NCBI GenBank assembly: GCA_963668695.2
Contig: CAXXLQ010000004.1
Span: 480,001 to 544,000 of the forward strand
Direction of reading: 5' to 3'
Length of the DNA: 64,000 nucleotides
Source of the DNA: Vicinamibacteria bacterium
GTDB taxonomy: Bacteria > Acidobacteriota > Vicinamibacteria > Marinacidobacterales > Marinacidobacteraceae
Numbering within the stretch: the stretch's first letter is position 1; every line of letters starts with the position of its first letter. Of this stretch, positions 8,083 through 17,410 are shown piece by piece. The notes under the pieces were generated by a model that saw only the letters and a list, made by a program, of their open reading frames with translations, did not search any database and was not told where the DNA came from. The position numbers and the translations under genes were made by a program.

Positions 8083-9513
8083 CTATGCCACCCGTTCACG
8101 GAGCACCTCCTGCAACATGTCCGGAAGCTGGGTGATGGTCCCCGCACCCAGAGTCATGACGACATCGCCGGACCGGAGATCGGGCGCCAACCGGCTGGCG
8201 ACATCCTCCAGGCGGGCGATGAAACGCGCGTCGGGATGTCCCGTGCTCCGGATTCCCGCGGCGAGCCCTTCACCGTCCACGCCGGGAATCGGCGCCTCGC
8301 CCGCCGGGTAGATGTCCGTGACCACCACGATGTCCGCCGCGCCGAACGCCCGGGAGAACTCCTCGTACAGGGCCTGCACCCGGCTGTAGCGATGCGGCTG
8401 GAAGATGGCCACCGTCCGCGCGGAAAATGCCGCGCGGGCGGCGGCGAGAGTCTCCGCAATCTCGGTCGGATGGTGGGCGTAGTCGTCCACGATGCGGACG
8501 CCGCCCACCGTGCCGCGCCGCTGGAAGCGGCGTTCGACTCCGGCGAACGCCTCGAGTCCCTCGCGGATCGCGGGGGTCCCGAGCCCGAACTCGAGCCCGA
8601 CGGCGGCGGCGGCCAGGCTGTTGAGGACGGCGGTCCGGCCCGGCTGCCGGAGATGGACGGTGCCGGCGAGGCCGCCACGGATCCGCAGCTGGTAGCGGGT
8701 GCCGTCTTCGGAGATCGAGATCCCATCGGCCGAAACCTCGGCATCCGGAGAAAGTCCATAGGTGATGACCCGGCGGCGGATGCGCGGCAGCAGCGACCGC
8801 ACGTTCTCGCAGTCGAGGCAGACGATCGCCCCCCCGTAGAAGGGGGTCATGTTGATGAAGCGCACGAAGGAATCCACGAGATCGTCCATCCCTTCGTAAG
8901 CGTCGAGATGCTCGCGGTCGATCCCCGTAACCACCGCCAGCACCGGGAGCAGCCTGAGGAAGGTGCGGTCCGATTCGTCGGCCTCCGCCACCAGGATTTC
9001 GCTCTTCCCGACGCGGGCGCCCCCACCGATGGTGGCGACCCGCCCACCGATTACCGTCGTCGGGTCGAGCCCCGCGTGGTCGAGCAGGACCGAGGTCATC
9101 GAGGTCGTCGTGGTCTTGCCGTGCGACCCCGCGACGGCCACCGCGAACTTCATCCGCATCAGCTCGGCGAGCATTTCGGCCCGCGGAATGATGGGGAGCT
9201 GTCGTTCCCGCGCCGCGACCACCTCGGGGTTGTCGGCTGGAACCGCCGAGGAGGTGACCACCACATCGGCGGACCCCACCTGTGCCGCGTCATGTCCCTC
9301 GAACACGATGGCCCCGAGTTCGGCCAGCCGCCGGACGCTGGCGCCGGCCCGGAGGTCGGAGCCGCTCACCCGGTACCCGAGGCTCAGCAGCACCTCGGCG
9401 ATGCCGCTCATCCCCACCCCGCCGATGCCGACGAAGTGCACCCGGATCCGTTTCGAGAAGAGCAGTCCGCCCCCCGTCCCGCTGGAGGAAAAACCCGGTA
9501 CGCGGCCGTTCAT
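8083..9513 (-). CDS. murC: UDP-N-acetylmuramate--L-alanine ligase
   Basis: HFVGIGGVGMSGIA, GSHGKTTT, EADESD, DDYAHHPTEI, FQPHRYSR; ATGA overlap with murG stop. Confidence 0.96.
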   Translation of the reverse strand: MNGRVPGFSSSGTGGGLLFSKRIRVHFVGIGGVGMSGIAEVLLSLGYRVSGSDLRAGASVRRLAELGAIVFEGHDAAQVGSADVVVTSSAVPADNPEVVAARERQLPIIPRAEMLAELMRMKFAVAVAGSHGKTTTTSMTSVLLDHAGLDPTTVIGGRVATIGGGARVGKSEILVAEADESDRTFLRLLPVLAVVTGIDREHLDAYEGMDDLVDSFVRFINMTPFYGGAIVCLDCENVRSLLPRIRRRVITYGLSPDAEVSADGISISEDGTRYQLRIRGGLAGTVHLRQPGRTAVLNSLAAAAVGLEFGLGTPAIREGLEAFAGVERRFQRRGTVGGVRIVDDYAHHPTEIAETLAAARAAFSARTVAIFQPHRYSRVQALYEEFSRAFGAADIVVVTDIYPAGEAPIPGVDGEGLAAGIRSTGHPDARFIARLEDVASRLAPDLRSGDVVMTLGAGTITQLPDMLQEVLRERVA

Positions 9514-10589
9514 CGCTGGCCTCCGGCGAGATCGTGAAGACGCGCGGCGAGCCGCTCCGCGGGACGGTCGCGCACCAATTGCCGCGCCGCGCGCGACATG
9601 TCCGTGCGGCGAGCAGGGTCGTCCAGCAGGGAGCAGAGCGCGTTCGCGAACTCGGCTCCCGAAGCGCTCTCGTCGAGCGTGAGCGCCGCCCCGGCATCCG
9701 CGAGAGCGGCTGCATTGTGCCGCTGGTGTCCGCCCGCAACCGGCGCCGGCACCAGGATGCCCGGCCGCCCGGCGGCGCTGAGTTCGGCGCAGGTAATGGC
9801 TCCTGCCCGGCCGACCACCAGATCCGCCGCCTCCATCGCCCGGGGCATATCGTCGAGGTAGGCCGTCACCCGGGCGCCCAGTCCGGCTTCCCGATACGCG
9901 TCGCGAACCTGCGCTTCCTCCGCGGGGCCGGTCTGATGGGTGATCCGCAGACTGCCGCGTCGCTCGCGAAGCGCCGGCAACGAATCCACGACCAGCCGGT
10001 TCAGGCGGGAAGCGCCCTGGCTGCCGCCGGTGACGAGCACGGATACCGTCCCGTTGTTGCCCGGCGGGGGAGCCACCGCGAAGAACTCCGAACGCACCGG
10101 AATGCCGGAAACCACCGCCCCCCGACGGAAGAACCGCCGCGTCGGCTCCCACGCCACGGCGACTTCGGTCGCGAAGGGCGCACTCCAGCGGGTCGCGAAG
10201 CCAGGCTCGGCGTTGGGTTCGAGAATCAGCGATGGGATCCGGAGAAGCCGGGCAGCGAACACCGCGACGCCGGACACCGACCCTCCGGTTCCGAACACCG
10301 CGTCGGGACGGAACTCCTTCAGCAGCCGGCGCATGTCGCTGAGGGAACGGAGAAGCCGGAACGACGTCCGGGGCAGAACGAGCGGCGAACGGCCGCGGAT
10401 GGGCGGAACCTCCACGAGTTCGAGACGGAACCCGTGCCGCGGCACGAGGCGTCCCTCGAGGCCCTTCGCAGTGCCCACGAAACAAATCTCGGCCGGCCCC
10501 AGCTCCGAGAAGGCGCGCGCCACCGCGAGTCCCGGATAGATGTGTCCGCCGCTGCCCGCGGCCGCGACCAGAAGACGGCTGCTGGTCAC
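9510..10589 (-). CDS. murG: Lipid II GlcNAc transferase
   Basis: GSGGHIYPG, GGSQGA, RAGAIT, HQRHNA; GTGA overlap with ftsW stop. Confidence 0.95.
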   Translation of the reverse strand: MTSSRLLVAAAGSGGHIYPGLAVARAFSELGPAEICFVGTAKGLEGRLVPRHGFRLELVEVPPIRGRSPLVLPRTSFRLLRSLSDMRRLLKEFRPDAVFGTGGSVSGVAVFAARLLRIPSLILEPNAEPGFATRWSAPFATEVAVAWEPTRRFFRRGAVVSGIPVRSEFFAVAPPPGNNGTVSVLVTGGSQGASRLNRLVVDSLPALRERRGSLRITHQTGPAEEAQVRDAYREAGLGARVTAYLDDMPRAMEAADLVVGRAGAITCAELSAAGRPGILVPAPVAGGHQRHNAAALADAGAALTLDESASGAEFANALCSLLDDPARRTDMSRAARQLVRDRPAERLAARLHDLAGGQR

Positions 10590-11674
10590 GGAACCCTCTG
10601 CGAAACGGACAGCACCAGCCCCGCCGCCAGCAAGGTGGTGACGAGCGCGGAACCCCCGGCGGACACGAACGGGAGCGGCAATCCGGTGGTGGGAAGGATC
10701 GCGGTCGCAACGCTGAAGTTCAAAAACGCCTGCACCGCGATGGTCAAGGTGGCGCCCGCCCCGAGCAGCATGCCGAAGCGGTCCGGCGCCCGGCAGGAAA
10801 CGACCAGGCCCCGGATGGTGAACAGGAGGAAAAAGACCACGAGCAGCCCGGCCCCGATGAAGCCCAGTTCTTCGCCGACGACCGAGAAGACGAAGTCGGA
10901 GTGGGGCTCGGGAAGATAGAGAAGCTTCTGGCGACTGGCGGCGAAACCCACGCCGGTGACGCCCCCGCTGCCGAGAGCGATGAGCGATTGGCTCAACTGG
11001 AATCCGTCGCCGAGCGGATCCGCGAAGGGATCGAGAAAGGTGAGGATCCGGGCGACCCGGTAGTCGGCGGCCAGCACTCCGGCCACAAAGAGGGGAACGC
11101 AGACCGCAGTCAGGAGGGCGAGGTGCTTGAGACGCGCCCCACCCACGAAAATCACCGCCGCCCCGACGAGCACCAACAGGGTCGCCGTTCCGAGATCGGG
11201 CTGGAGATAGATCAGGCTGGCGAGAAATCCCGTACAGGCGAGCGGCAACAACAAGGTGCGGAAGGAGTCGGCGCGCCGGATGGCGAGCAGATGGGCAAGC
11301 GCTACCACCAGCCCGAGCCGCGCCGGCTCGGAGGGCTGCAGGGAGAAGCCGGCGACCTGCACCCAGCGGTGCACCCCGTTGATCGAAGGAGACAGCAGGG
11401 CGGCGAAGAGCGACACGATGACCGCCCCGTACACCGCCCACACCACGGCCGGACGATTCAGGAGCCGGTAGTCCGAACGGGCGACCGCGATCATCGCCAG
11501 GCAGCCGAGTGCGGCCCAGACCGACTGGCGCCCCAGGAAGTAGGAGGGGCTGCGGTCGCTGGCGTCCGCCAGGATGGCCGAGGCGCTGTAGAGCATGACC
11601 AGCCCAAAGACGAGAAGCCCGAGCGTGAGGAGGAAGAGCGGCACGTCGGGAGCCATCATCCGCCGCCCCTTCAT
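10586..11674 (-). CDS. ftsW: SEDS peptidoglycan polymerase FtsW
   Basis: LQPSE, QPDLGT, YLPEPHSDFVF, GEELGF, LPFVSAGGS. Confidence 0.95.
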   Translation of the reverse strand: MKGRRMMAPDVPLFLLTLGLLVFGLVMLYSASAILADASDRSPSYFLGRQSVWAALGCLAMIAVARSDYRLLNRPAVVWAVYGAVIVSLFAALLSPSINGVHRWVQVAGFSLQPSEPARLGLVVALAHLLAIRRADSFRTLLLPLACTGFLASLIYLQPDLGTATLLVLVGAAVIFVGGARLKHLALLTAVCVPLFVAGVLAADYRVARILTFLDPFADPLGDGFQLSQSLIALGSGGVTGVGFAASRQKLLYLPEPHSDFVFSVVGEELGFIGAGLLVVFFLLFTIRGLVVSCRAPDRFGMLLGAGATLTIAVQAFLNFSVATAILPTTGLPLPFVSAGGSALVTTLLAAGLVLSVSQRVP

Positions 11675-13266
11675 CGCCGGCCCCCTTGGGCGCCTTCCAG
11701 GCGCGCGACCAGCGCGCGGAATCGGGTGCCCCGGTCCGCGTAGTTTTCGAAAAGGTCGAAGCTGGAGCAGCCGGGGGAAAGAAGGACGATCCCGCCAGGG
11801 CGGGAACGCGCGAAGGCGGCCGCCACGGCTCCGTCGAGGGTGCCCTGGACCTCCACCGGCACGCTGCTGATTTCGGTTGCGATCCGGGCCTTCGTCCGCC
11901 CGATCGCCTGGATCCCCTCCACCCGGCCGAGCGACCCCTCCAGATCGGAAAACCGGCCGCCCTTGAGGATCCCTCCCAGAATGAGCTGGATCCCGCCGCC
12001 CGCCGTTCCGGAAAGCGCATCGAGGGCCGCCCGGGTCGCCTGCAGGTTCGTCGCCCGGGAGTCGTTGATGAACCGGACCCCCGCCACCGAGCCCGCTTCC
12101 TCGAGGGCGTGGGGCAGGCCCGAAAAACGGGCCGCCGCCGTTTCGATGGCGTCCCGGCGAACCCCAAGCACACTGGCGGCCGCGGCCGCGGCCGCCAGGT
12201 TCTTCTGCTGGTGGCGGCCTGGGAGCCGGAGCGCGGACAGCCGGGCGAGGACCCGCGTTTCTTCTCCGTCCCGCCGGAGGACACTTTCGGAATCCAGGAG
12301 GACTTCCGGATCGTGCGCGCCGGCCGGCCCGGCGAACGGCAGCCAGCGCGCGCTGCTCGCCCGGATGCCGGCGGTCGCGAGATCGTGAGCCACGGGGTCA
12401 CCGCCGTCGCAGACGACCCAGTCGATGGCCGTCTGGTTCTCCAGGAGCCGGGCCTTGGACCGGCGGTAGTCGGCGAGATCCGGGTGCCAGTCGAGATGGT
12501 CCTGACCCACCTCCAGCAGCACGGCGACGTGCGCCCGGAAGCGGGCGATCGTCGCCAACTGGAAACTCGAGGTCTCGACCACCGCGATCTGATCGGGGCC
12601 GAACGATCCAGCGAGCGCGGTAAGGGGTTCGCCGAGGTTCCCGCAGGCCCTGACCGGGGTCCCCTGCGCCTCGAGCGCTTCCGCAAGCAGAGTCACCACG
12701 CTGGACTTTCCCTTGGTCCCCGTCACGGCCACCAGCCGGTCCCAGGGTTCGCCCAGCGCTCGGTATCCCAGCTCGAGTTCGCCCCAGACCGGGATTCCCT
12801 CGCGCTTTGCCGCTCTCAGGATGTCCGCCCGCGGCGGGACTCCGGGGCTCGTCACCACGAGCGCCATCCCGGCCAGCAAAGACGGGGGATGGCCCCCGAA
12901 GTGAACGCGCGCTCCCAGCGACCGGAGCGCGGAGGCCGCCGGAATGGCGGGCTCCGGTCGGGAGTCCGCAACCAGCACCCGCCGCCCGATACTGCAGAGA
13001 TAGCGCGCCGCCGCCTGGCCGCTCGCGCCGGCGCCGAGCACCAGTACGTCCGGCCCCGGGACAGGGTCTGCACAGCCTGTGGACAAAGTGGCGTGAGCGC
13101 CGAGAGCGGTGAGGCGCCCGGCTGACGAGGCGCGCGAGGGAGGAATACCGGGTGTATTTCGACCGAAGCGCAACGACGAGCCACGCGAAGCGAGGCGTTT
13201 CAGACGGGATGGATCGCCGCTCGAACGCCGCGTCGCCTTGTGCACAGGCTGTGTTAGTGCCGTCAT
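11671..13266 (-). CDS. murD: UDP-MurNAc-L-Ala--D-Glu ligase with an in-frame MITE at its N-terminus
   Basis: VLGAGASG, SPGVP, TGTKGKSS, ETSSFQL, DHLDWH, LLSPGCSSFD; start codon uncertain because of the MITE. Confidence 0.9.
   Translation of the reverse strand: MTALTQPVHKATRRSSGDPSRLKRLASRGSSLRFGRNTPGIPPSRASSAGRLTALGAHATLSTGCADPVPGPDVLVLGAGASGQAAARYLCSIGRRVLVADSRPEPAIPAASALRSLGARVHFGGHPPSLLAGMALVVTSPGVPPRADILRAAKREGIPVWGELELGYRALGEPWDRLVAVTGTKGKSSVVTLLAEALEAQGTPVRACGNLGEPLTALAGSFGPDQIAVVETSSFQLATIARFRAHVAVLLEVGQDHLDWHPDLADYRRSKARLLENQTAIDWVVCDGGDPVAHDLATAGIRASSARWLPFAGPAGAHDPEVLLDSESVLRRDGEETRVLARLSALRLPGRHQQKNLAAAAAAASVLGVRRDAIETAAARFSGLPHALEEAGSVAGVRFINDSRATNLQATRAALDALSGTAGGGIQLILGGILKGGRFSDLEGSLGRVEGIQAIGRTKARIATEISSVPVEVQGTLDGAVAAAFARSRPGGIVLLSPGCSSFDLFENYADRGTRFRALVARLEGAQGGRR
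13069..13255. mobile_element. MITE family A copy inside the 5' end of murD
   Basis: TIRs CACAGCCTGTG...CACAGGCTGTG and the family core. Confidence 0.88.
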
Positions 13267-13269
13267 CGG

Positions 13270-14352
13270 TCATCGCAGCTTCAGGGTGGTCAGGGTGGCG
13301 AGCGCGCAGAGGACGGCCAGGATCCAGAACCGGACGCTCACCTGGGTCTCGTGCCAGCCGGCCAGTTCGAAGTGGTGGTGGAGCGGCGCCATCTTGAAGA
13401 GCCGCCGTCCAGTGAGCTTGAAGCTGGCCACCTGCAGAATGACCGAGGCGGCTTCGAGGACGAACACCCCGCCCACCAGCACGAGCAGCATTTCCTGCCG
13501 GATGAGGATCGCCTGCATCCCGATGCCGGCGCCGAGGGCGAGCGAACCCACGTCGCCCATGAAGACGCGCGCGGGGTGGGCGTTGAACCACAAAAAACCC
13601 AGGGCGGCCCCGGTAATCGCTGCTCCGAAGATGGTCACCTCGGAGGCGGCCGGGAGGTACAGGATGTCGAGATAGGCCGAGAACTCGGCGTGGCCGGCGA
13701 GATAGGTCAGGGCGGTGTACACGGCGGCCGCGATCAACACGCAACCCGCGGCGAGACCGTCCAGACCGTCGGTCAGGTTCACCGCGTTCGAGGAGGCGAC
13801 GAGGACCAGCATGGCCGCGGGCACGAACAACAGCGCCAGTTCGGGCTGGAACTCCTTCCAGAAGGGGAAGACGACGCGGGTGGTGAAGCCGCCGGTGCCG
13901 GAGTACCAGAGCAAGAAGCCGCCGACCGCCAGCCCGAGGAGCAGTTGGACGCCGAACTTGGATCGCGCGCTCAGCCCGATCCCATCCCCGCGCCGCAGCT
14001 TCTTCCAGTCGTCGAGGAAGCCGAGCGTGCCGTACCCCGTCATGGTCAGGACCGCCACCCATACGAGCACGTTCCCCAGATCGGCCCAGAGCAGCGTGGA
14101 CACGACCACGGAACCCACGATCAGGACTCCGCCCATCGTCGGGGTCCCGGCCTTGTGGTGGTGCGCCGGGCCGTCGGCGCGGATCCGCTCACCCACCCGG
14201 AGGCGGGACAGACGCGAGATCACAAAGGGCCCAAGGCCGAGCGAGAGGATGATGGCGGTGGCGGCCGCCGCCGCGGTGCGCACCGACACGTAGCGGAACA
14301 CGTTGAACGCGCTGATCTCGTCCGCGAGGGAGAACAGCAGTTCGCCGAGCAT
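13270..14352 (-). CDS. mraY: Phospho-MurNAc-pentapeptide transferase
   Basis: KAGTPTMGG, GFLDD, NAVNLTDGLDGLA, FMGDVGS, MAPLHHHFE. Confidence 0.96.
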   Translation of the reverse strand: MLGELLFSLADEISAFNVFRYVSVRTAAAAATAIILSLGLGPFVISRLSRLRVGERIRADGPAHHHKAGTPTMGGVLIVGSVVVSTLLWADLGNVLVWVAVLTMTGYGTLGFLDDWKKLRRGDGIGLSARSKFGVQLLLGLAVGGFLLWYSGTGGFTTRVVFPFWKEFQPELALLFVPAAMLVLVASSNAVNLTDGLDGLAAGCVLIAAAVYTALTYLAGHAEFSAYLDILYLPAASEVTIFGAAITGAALGFLWFNAHPARVFMGDVGSLALGAGIGMQAILIRQEMLLVLVGGVFVLEAASVILQVASFKLTGRRLFKMAPLHHHFELAGWHETQVSVRFWILAVLCALATLTTLKLR

Positions 14353-15755
14353 CAGGCGCCTCCCCCAAGCCCCGTCACCGGAGCTTCCAGCCGGCGGAGC
14401 GACGCATCGAGTCCAACCGCCCGGGACGCCTTGAAGAGCACCAGGTCTCCCTCGCGCAACGCGCCCTCGAGCAACTCTGCGGCCTCGTCCGGATCCTCCG
14501 CGGCGAGGGTGCTCGATCCGAGAGCGTCGGCCGCCTCGGCGAGCACCCGTCCCAGGGGTCCGACCCCAACGACCAGATCGAGGCGCAACTCGTTCGCGAG
14601 CTCTCCGCAGGCGCGATGCATCGCCTCGGCGTCTTCGCCGAGCTCGAGCATGTCGCCCACCACCAGGATGCGCCGCGCGGCGGGCAAGGCCGCGAACTCG
14701 TGCAACACGGCGCGTAGCGCACCGGGGCTGGAGTTGTACGTCTCGTCGAGCGCGACCGCCCCTCGGAGAAGCCGCACCCTCGTTCCCCGCCCCGGGAGCG
14801 GCGCCAGCCCCGCGACTCCGCGGGCCGCGCGCTCGAGCGGCACGTCGAGGACGGTCGCCGCCGCGAGCCCGGCGAGCACGTTGCCCGCGTTGTGCCGGCC
14901 GCCGAGCCCGCACGACACCGATACGGCGGGACCGCCGAAGGCGCGGACCTCGAAAACAAGACCGGCGGGGCTCGCCGCGTAGGCCGCGCCCCGGACGTCC
15001 ACCCCCTCGGAAAACCCGTACGTCACGTGCCGTCCCGAGAAGCGGAGCGCCTGCGCTCGAACGCGCTCGTCGTCGGCGTTCACCACCGCGGTCGCCCCGG
15101 GGGGCATGGCCTCGAAGAGTTCCCCCTTCGCCGCGGCAATGGCGCTGAGCGATCCGAAGTACTCCAGATGCGCTTCGGCGATGGTGGTGAGGACGCCGCA
15201 GTCGGGCACCGCGATCTCGGTAAGGGTCCGGATCTCGCCCGGAGCCGACATCCCGAGCTCCACGACCCCCACTTCTTCGTCTTCGCGGGCGAGCAGCGAG
15301 AGCGGAAGCCCCCACTGGTTGTTCAGATTCCCCCGGGAACGAAAAACGGTCCGTCCGGCGCCGATGGCGGCCGCCGCCGCTTCCTTGGTGGTGGTCTTGC
15401 CCAGGCTTCCGGTGATCGCAACGATCCGGACGCCGCTCTTCAACCGCTCTTCCCGGGCGAGCGCCCCGAGCGCCTCCGTGGGATCGGACACCCGGATCAG
15501 GAAACGGCCCGTTATCGTTTCCGGCAGGGTTGCCGGCCGGTCCCGGTATCCGCTCCCGACAACCGCACCTGGGGCGCCGCGGCGGAACGCGTCCGCGACG
15601 AAGGCGTGACCGTCATGACGGGGCCCCCGGATCGCGAAAAAGAGATCGCCCGAAGCGAGCGTGCGGGAGTCGATCGAGACGCCGGTAAGCATTCCGGCCG
15701 GGCCTTCGAGAGCGCCGCCCATCGTCCTGGCTGCCTCTTCGCCGGGGAGTCTCAT
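14352..15755 (-). CDS. murF: UDP-MurNAc-tripeptide--D-Ala-D-Ala ligase
   Basis: SIDSR, ITGSLGKTTTKE, NLNNQWGLP, DETYNSSP, GDMLELG, KASR. Confidence 0.95.
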   Translation of the reverse strand: MRLPGEEAARTMGGALEGPAGMLTGVSIDSRTLASGDLFFAIRGPRHDGHAFVADAFRRGAPGAVVGSGYRDRPATLPETITGRFLIRVSDPTEALGALAREERLKSGVRIVAITGSLGKTTTKEAAAAAIGAGRTVFRSRGNLNNQWGLPLSLLAREDEEVGVVELGMSAPGEIRTLTEIAVPDCGVLTTIAEAHLEYFGSLSAIAAAKGELFEAMPPGATAVVNADDERVRAQALRFSGRHVTYGFSEGVDVRGAAYAASPAGLVFEVRAFGGPAVSVSCGLGGRHNAGNVLAGLAAATVLDVPLERAARGVAGLAPLPGRGTRVRLLRGAVALDETYNSSPGALRAVLHEFAALPAARRILVVGDMLELGEDAEAMHRACGELANELRLDLVVGVGPLGRVLAEAADALGSSTLAAEDPDEAAELLEGALREGDLVLFKASRAVGLDASLRRLEAPVTGLGGGA

Positions 15756-17410
15756 GAGAGCGCGAGTTCCAGCGCATTGGCGGCGACTTGCCGGTCATCA
15801 AAGGGGATCCGCGTGTCCCCCAACTGCTGGTGTGTCTCGTGGCCCTTGCCCGCGACCAGGACCAGGTCGCGCGGCCCGGCCACCGACACCGCGTTCTCGA
15901 TGGCGCGCCGCCGATCCGGTTCCAAAAGCACCTCGGCGCCGAGGGCCGGGTTCTCGGCGCCGACCCGGATCTCCGCGATGATGGCGTCAGGCTCTTCCCC
16001 GCGGGGATTGTCCGAGGTGAGGATCACCCGGTCGGCGAGCCGGGCCGCGGCGTCTCCCATGAGCGGTCGATTGCCCCGGTCCCGTTCGCCCCCGCAGCCG
16101 AAGACCACGAGCAGCCGGCCGTCTCCCACCAGGCAGCGGGCGGCGGCCAGGGCCCGGGCCAGCGCGTCCGGAGTGTGCGCGTAGTCCACCAGGACCGCCG
16201 GCTCCCGCCGACGCCGGCGCCGTCCACCGGGTGCTCCGACCCGCTCCATGCGACCGGGAGGCGCGGCGATGGCGGCAAGGACCTCGGCGACGCGGGCTCC
16301 GTCGAACCCCATGGCGGTGAGCGCTCCCCACGCCGCCGCCAGGTTGAGGCCGCTGAAGTGCCCGAGCATCGGGCTCGCGAGCTCGTGAGACCCCGCCGGA
16401 CCGTCCACCGCCACCCGGGTGCCGTCGAGGTCGGAACGGATCGCACCGAGTCGGATCGTGGCCCCGGGAGCGGTCCCGAAGCCCACGATGCTCACGTCGG
16501 GACGAAGCGCCCGAAGGTCCTCGGCGAGCCGAACGCCATAGGGATCATCCCAGCCGACCACCGCCGTCCCGCCGGGACGGAGCAGATCCGTGAAGAGTTC
16601 CCGCTTGGCCTCGAAGTAGGAGTCGAACCCGCCGTGAAAATCGAGATGGTCGCGGGTGAGGTTCGTGAAGATCGCCGCCTCGAAGACGGTGCCCGCGAGC
16701 CGTCCCTGCCGGAGGCCGTGCGAGGAACACTCGACCGCTCCGGCGCGGCAGCCGGAAGCGAGGGCGGTGGCCAACAGGGACTGAAACTCGGGAGCCTCGC
16801 GGGTGGTGAGGCCCGAAGCGGTGGGCTCCAGGAGCCGGCCGCCCACCCGCGCGCGGTGCCCTACCGTGCCGCAGTAGAGGCTTCTTGCTGTTTCGCGATG
16901 AAAGAACTCGTCGAGCAGCCAGGCCACGGTCGTTTTGCCATTCGTCCCGGTGACTCCCACGAGCCGCATCCCTTCCGAAGGGCGGCCATGGAACGCGGCG
17001 GCGACCGGACCGGCGGCGCGGCGGGAATCGCGGACCAGGGCAAAGGGAATTGGCGAGTTCGGCGGCGGCGCTTCCACGACCGCGGCCACGGCCCCCGCGG
17101 CGGCGGCCGCCGGCACGAAGTCATGACCGTCGAAGCGCTCTCCCCGGGTCGCGATGAAGAGGCTTCCGCGCCCAACACGCCGCGAATCGGAGGTGACGTC
17201 CCGAACCTCCTGCTCGCCGGCGCCTTTCGACAGTTCTGCGTCGAGGCCTTCCAGGAGTTCTCGCAGGCGGCAGGATCGGGCTCCTCCGGCCACCCGCCCA
17301 GACGCATCGAGAACAGACGCATCGAGAACAGACGCGTCGGAAACTCCGGCGTTCGCTGGACGGCAGGACACTCCCTCGGGCACTCCCTCGGGCACTCCCT
17401 CGGCGGTCAT
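15752..17410 (-). CDS. murE: UDP-MurNAc-dipeptide--diaminopimelate ligase
   Basis: TGTNGKTT, FTNLTRDHLDFH, DYAHTPD, SDNPR (DAP-type), AGKGHE. Confidence 0.95.
   Translation of the reverse strand: MTAEGVPEGVPEGVSCRPANAGVSDASVLDASVLDASGRVAGGARSCRLRELLEGLDAELSKGAGEQEVRDVTSDSRRVGRGSLFIATRGERFDGHDFVPAAAAAGAVAAVVEAPPPNSPIPFALVRDSRRAAGPVAAAFHGRPSEGMRLVGVTGTNGKTTVAWLLDEFFHRETARSLYCGTVGHRARVGGRLLEPTASGLTTREAPEFQSLLATALASGCRAGAVECSSHGLRQGRLAGTVFEAAIFTNLTRDHLDFHGGFDSYFEAKRELFTDLLRPGGTAVVGWDDPYGVRLAEDLRALRPDVSIVGFGTAPGATIRLGAIRSDLDGTRVAVDGPAGSHELASPMLGHFSGLNLAAAWGALTAMGFDGARVAEVLAAIAAPPGRMERVGAPGGRRRRRREPAVLVDYAHTPDALARALAAARCLVGDGRLLVVFGCGGERDRGNRPLMGDAAARLADRVILTSDNPRGEEPDAIIAEIRVGAENPALGAEVLLEPDRRRAIENAVSVAGPRDLVLVAGKGHETHQQLGDTRIPFDDRQVAANALELALS

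Noticed and set aside
9510-12686. 1058-aa, 875-aa, 681-aa, 728-aa and 553-aa ORFs as fusion proteins
   Set aside because: They are upstream open-frame extensions of murG, murC, mraY, parE and ychF; the real starts overlap the preceding stop codons or coincide with the start of homology.
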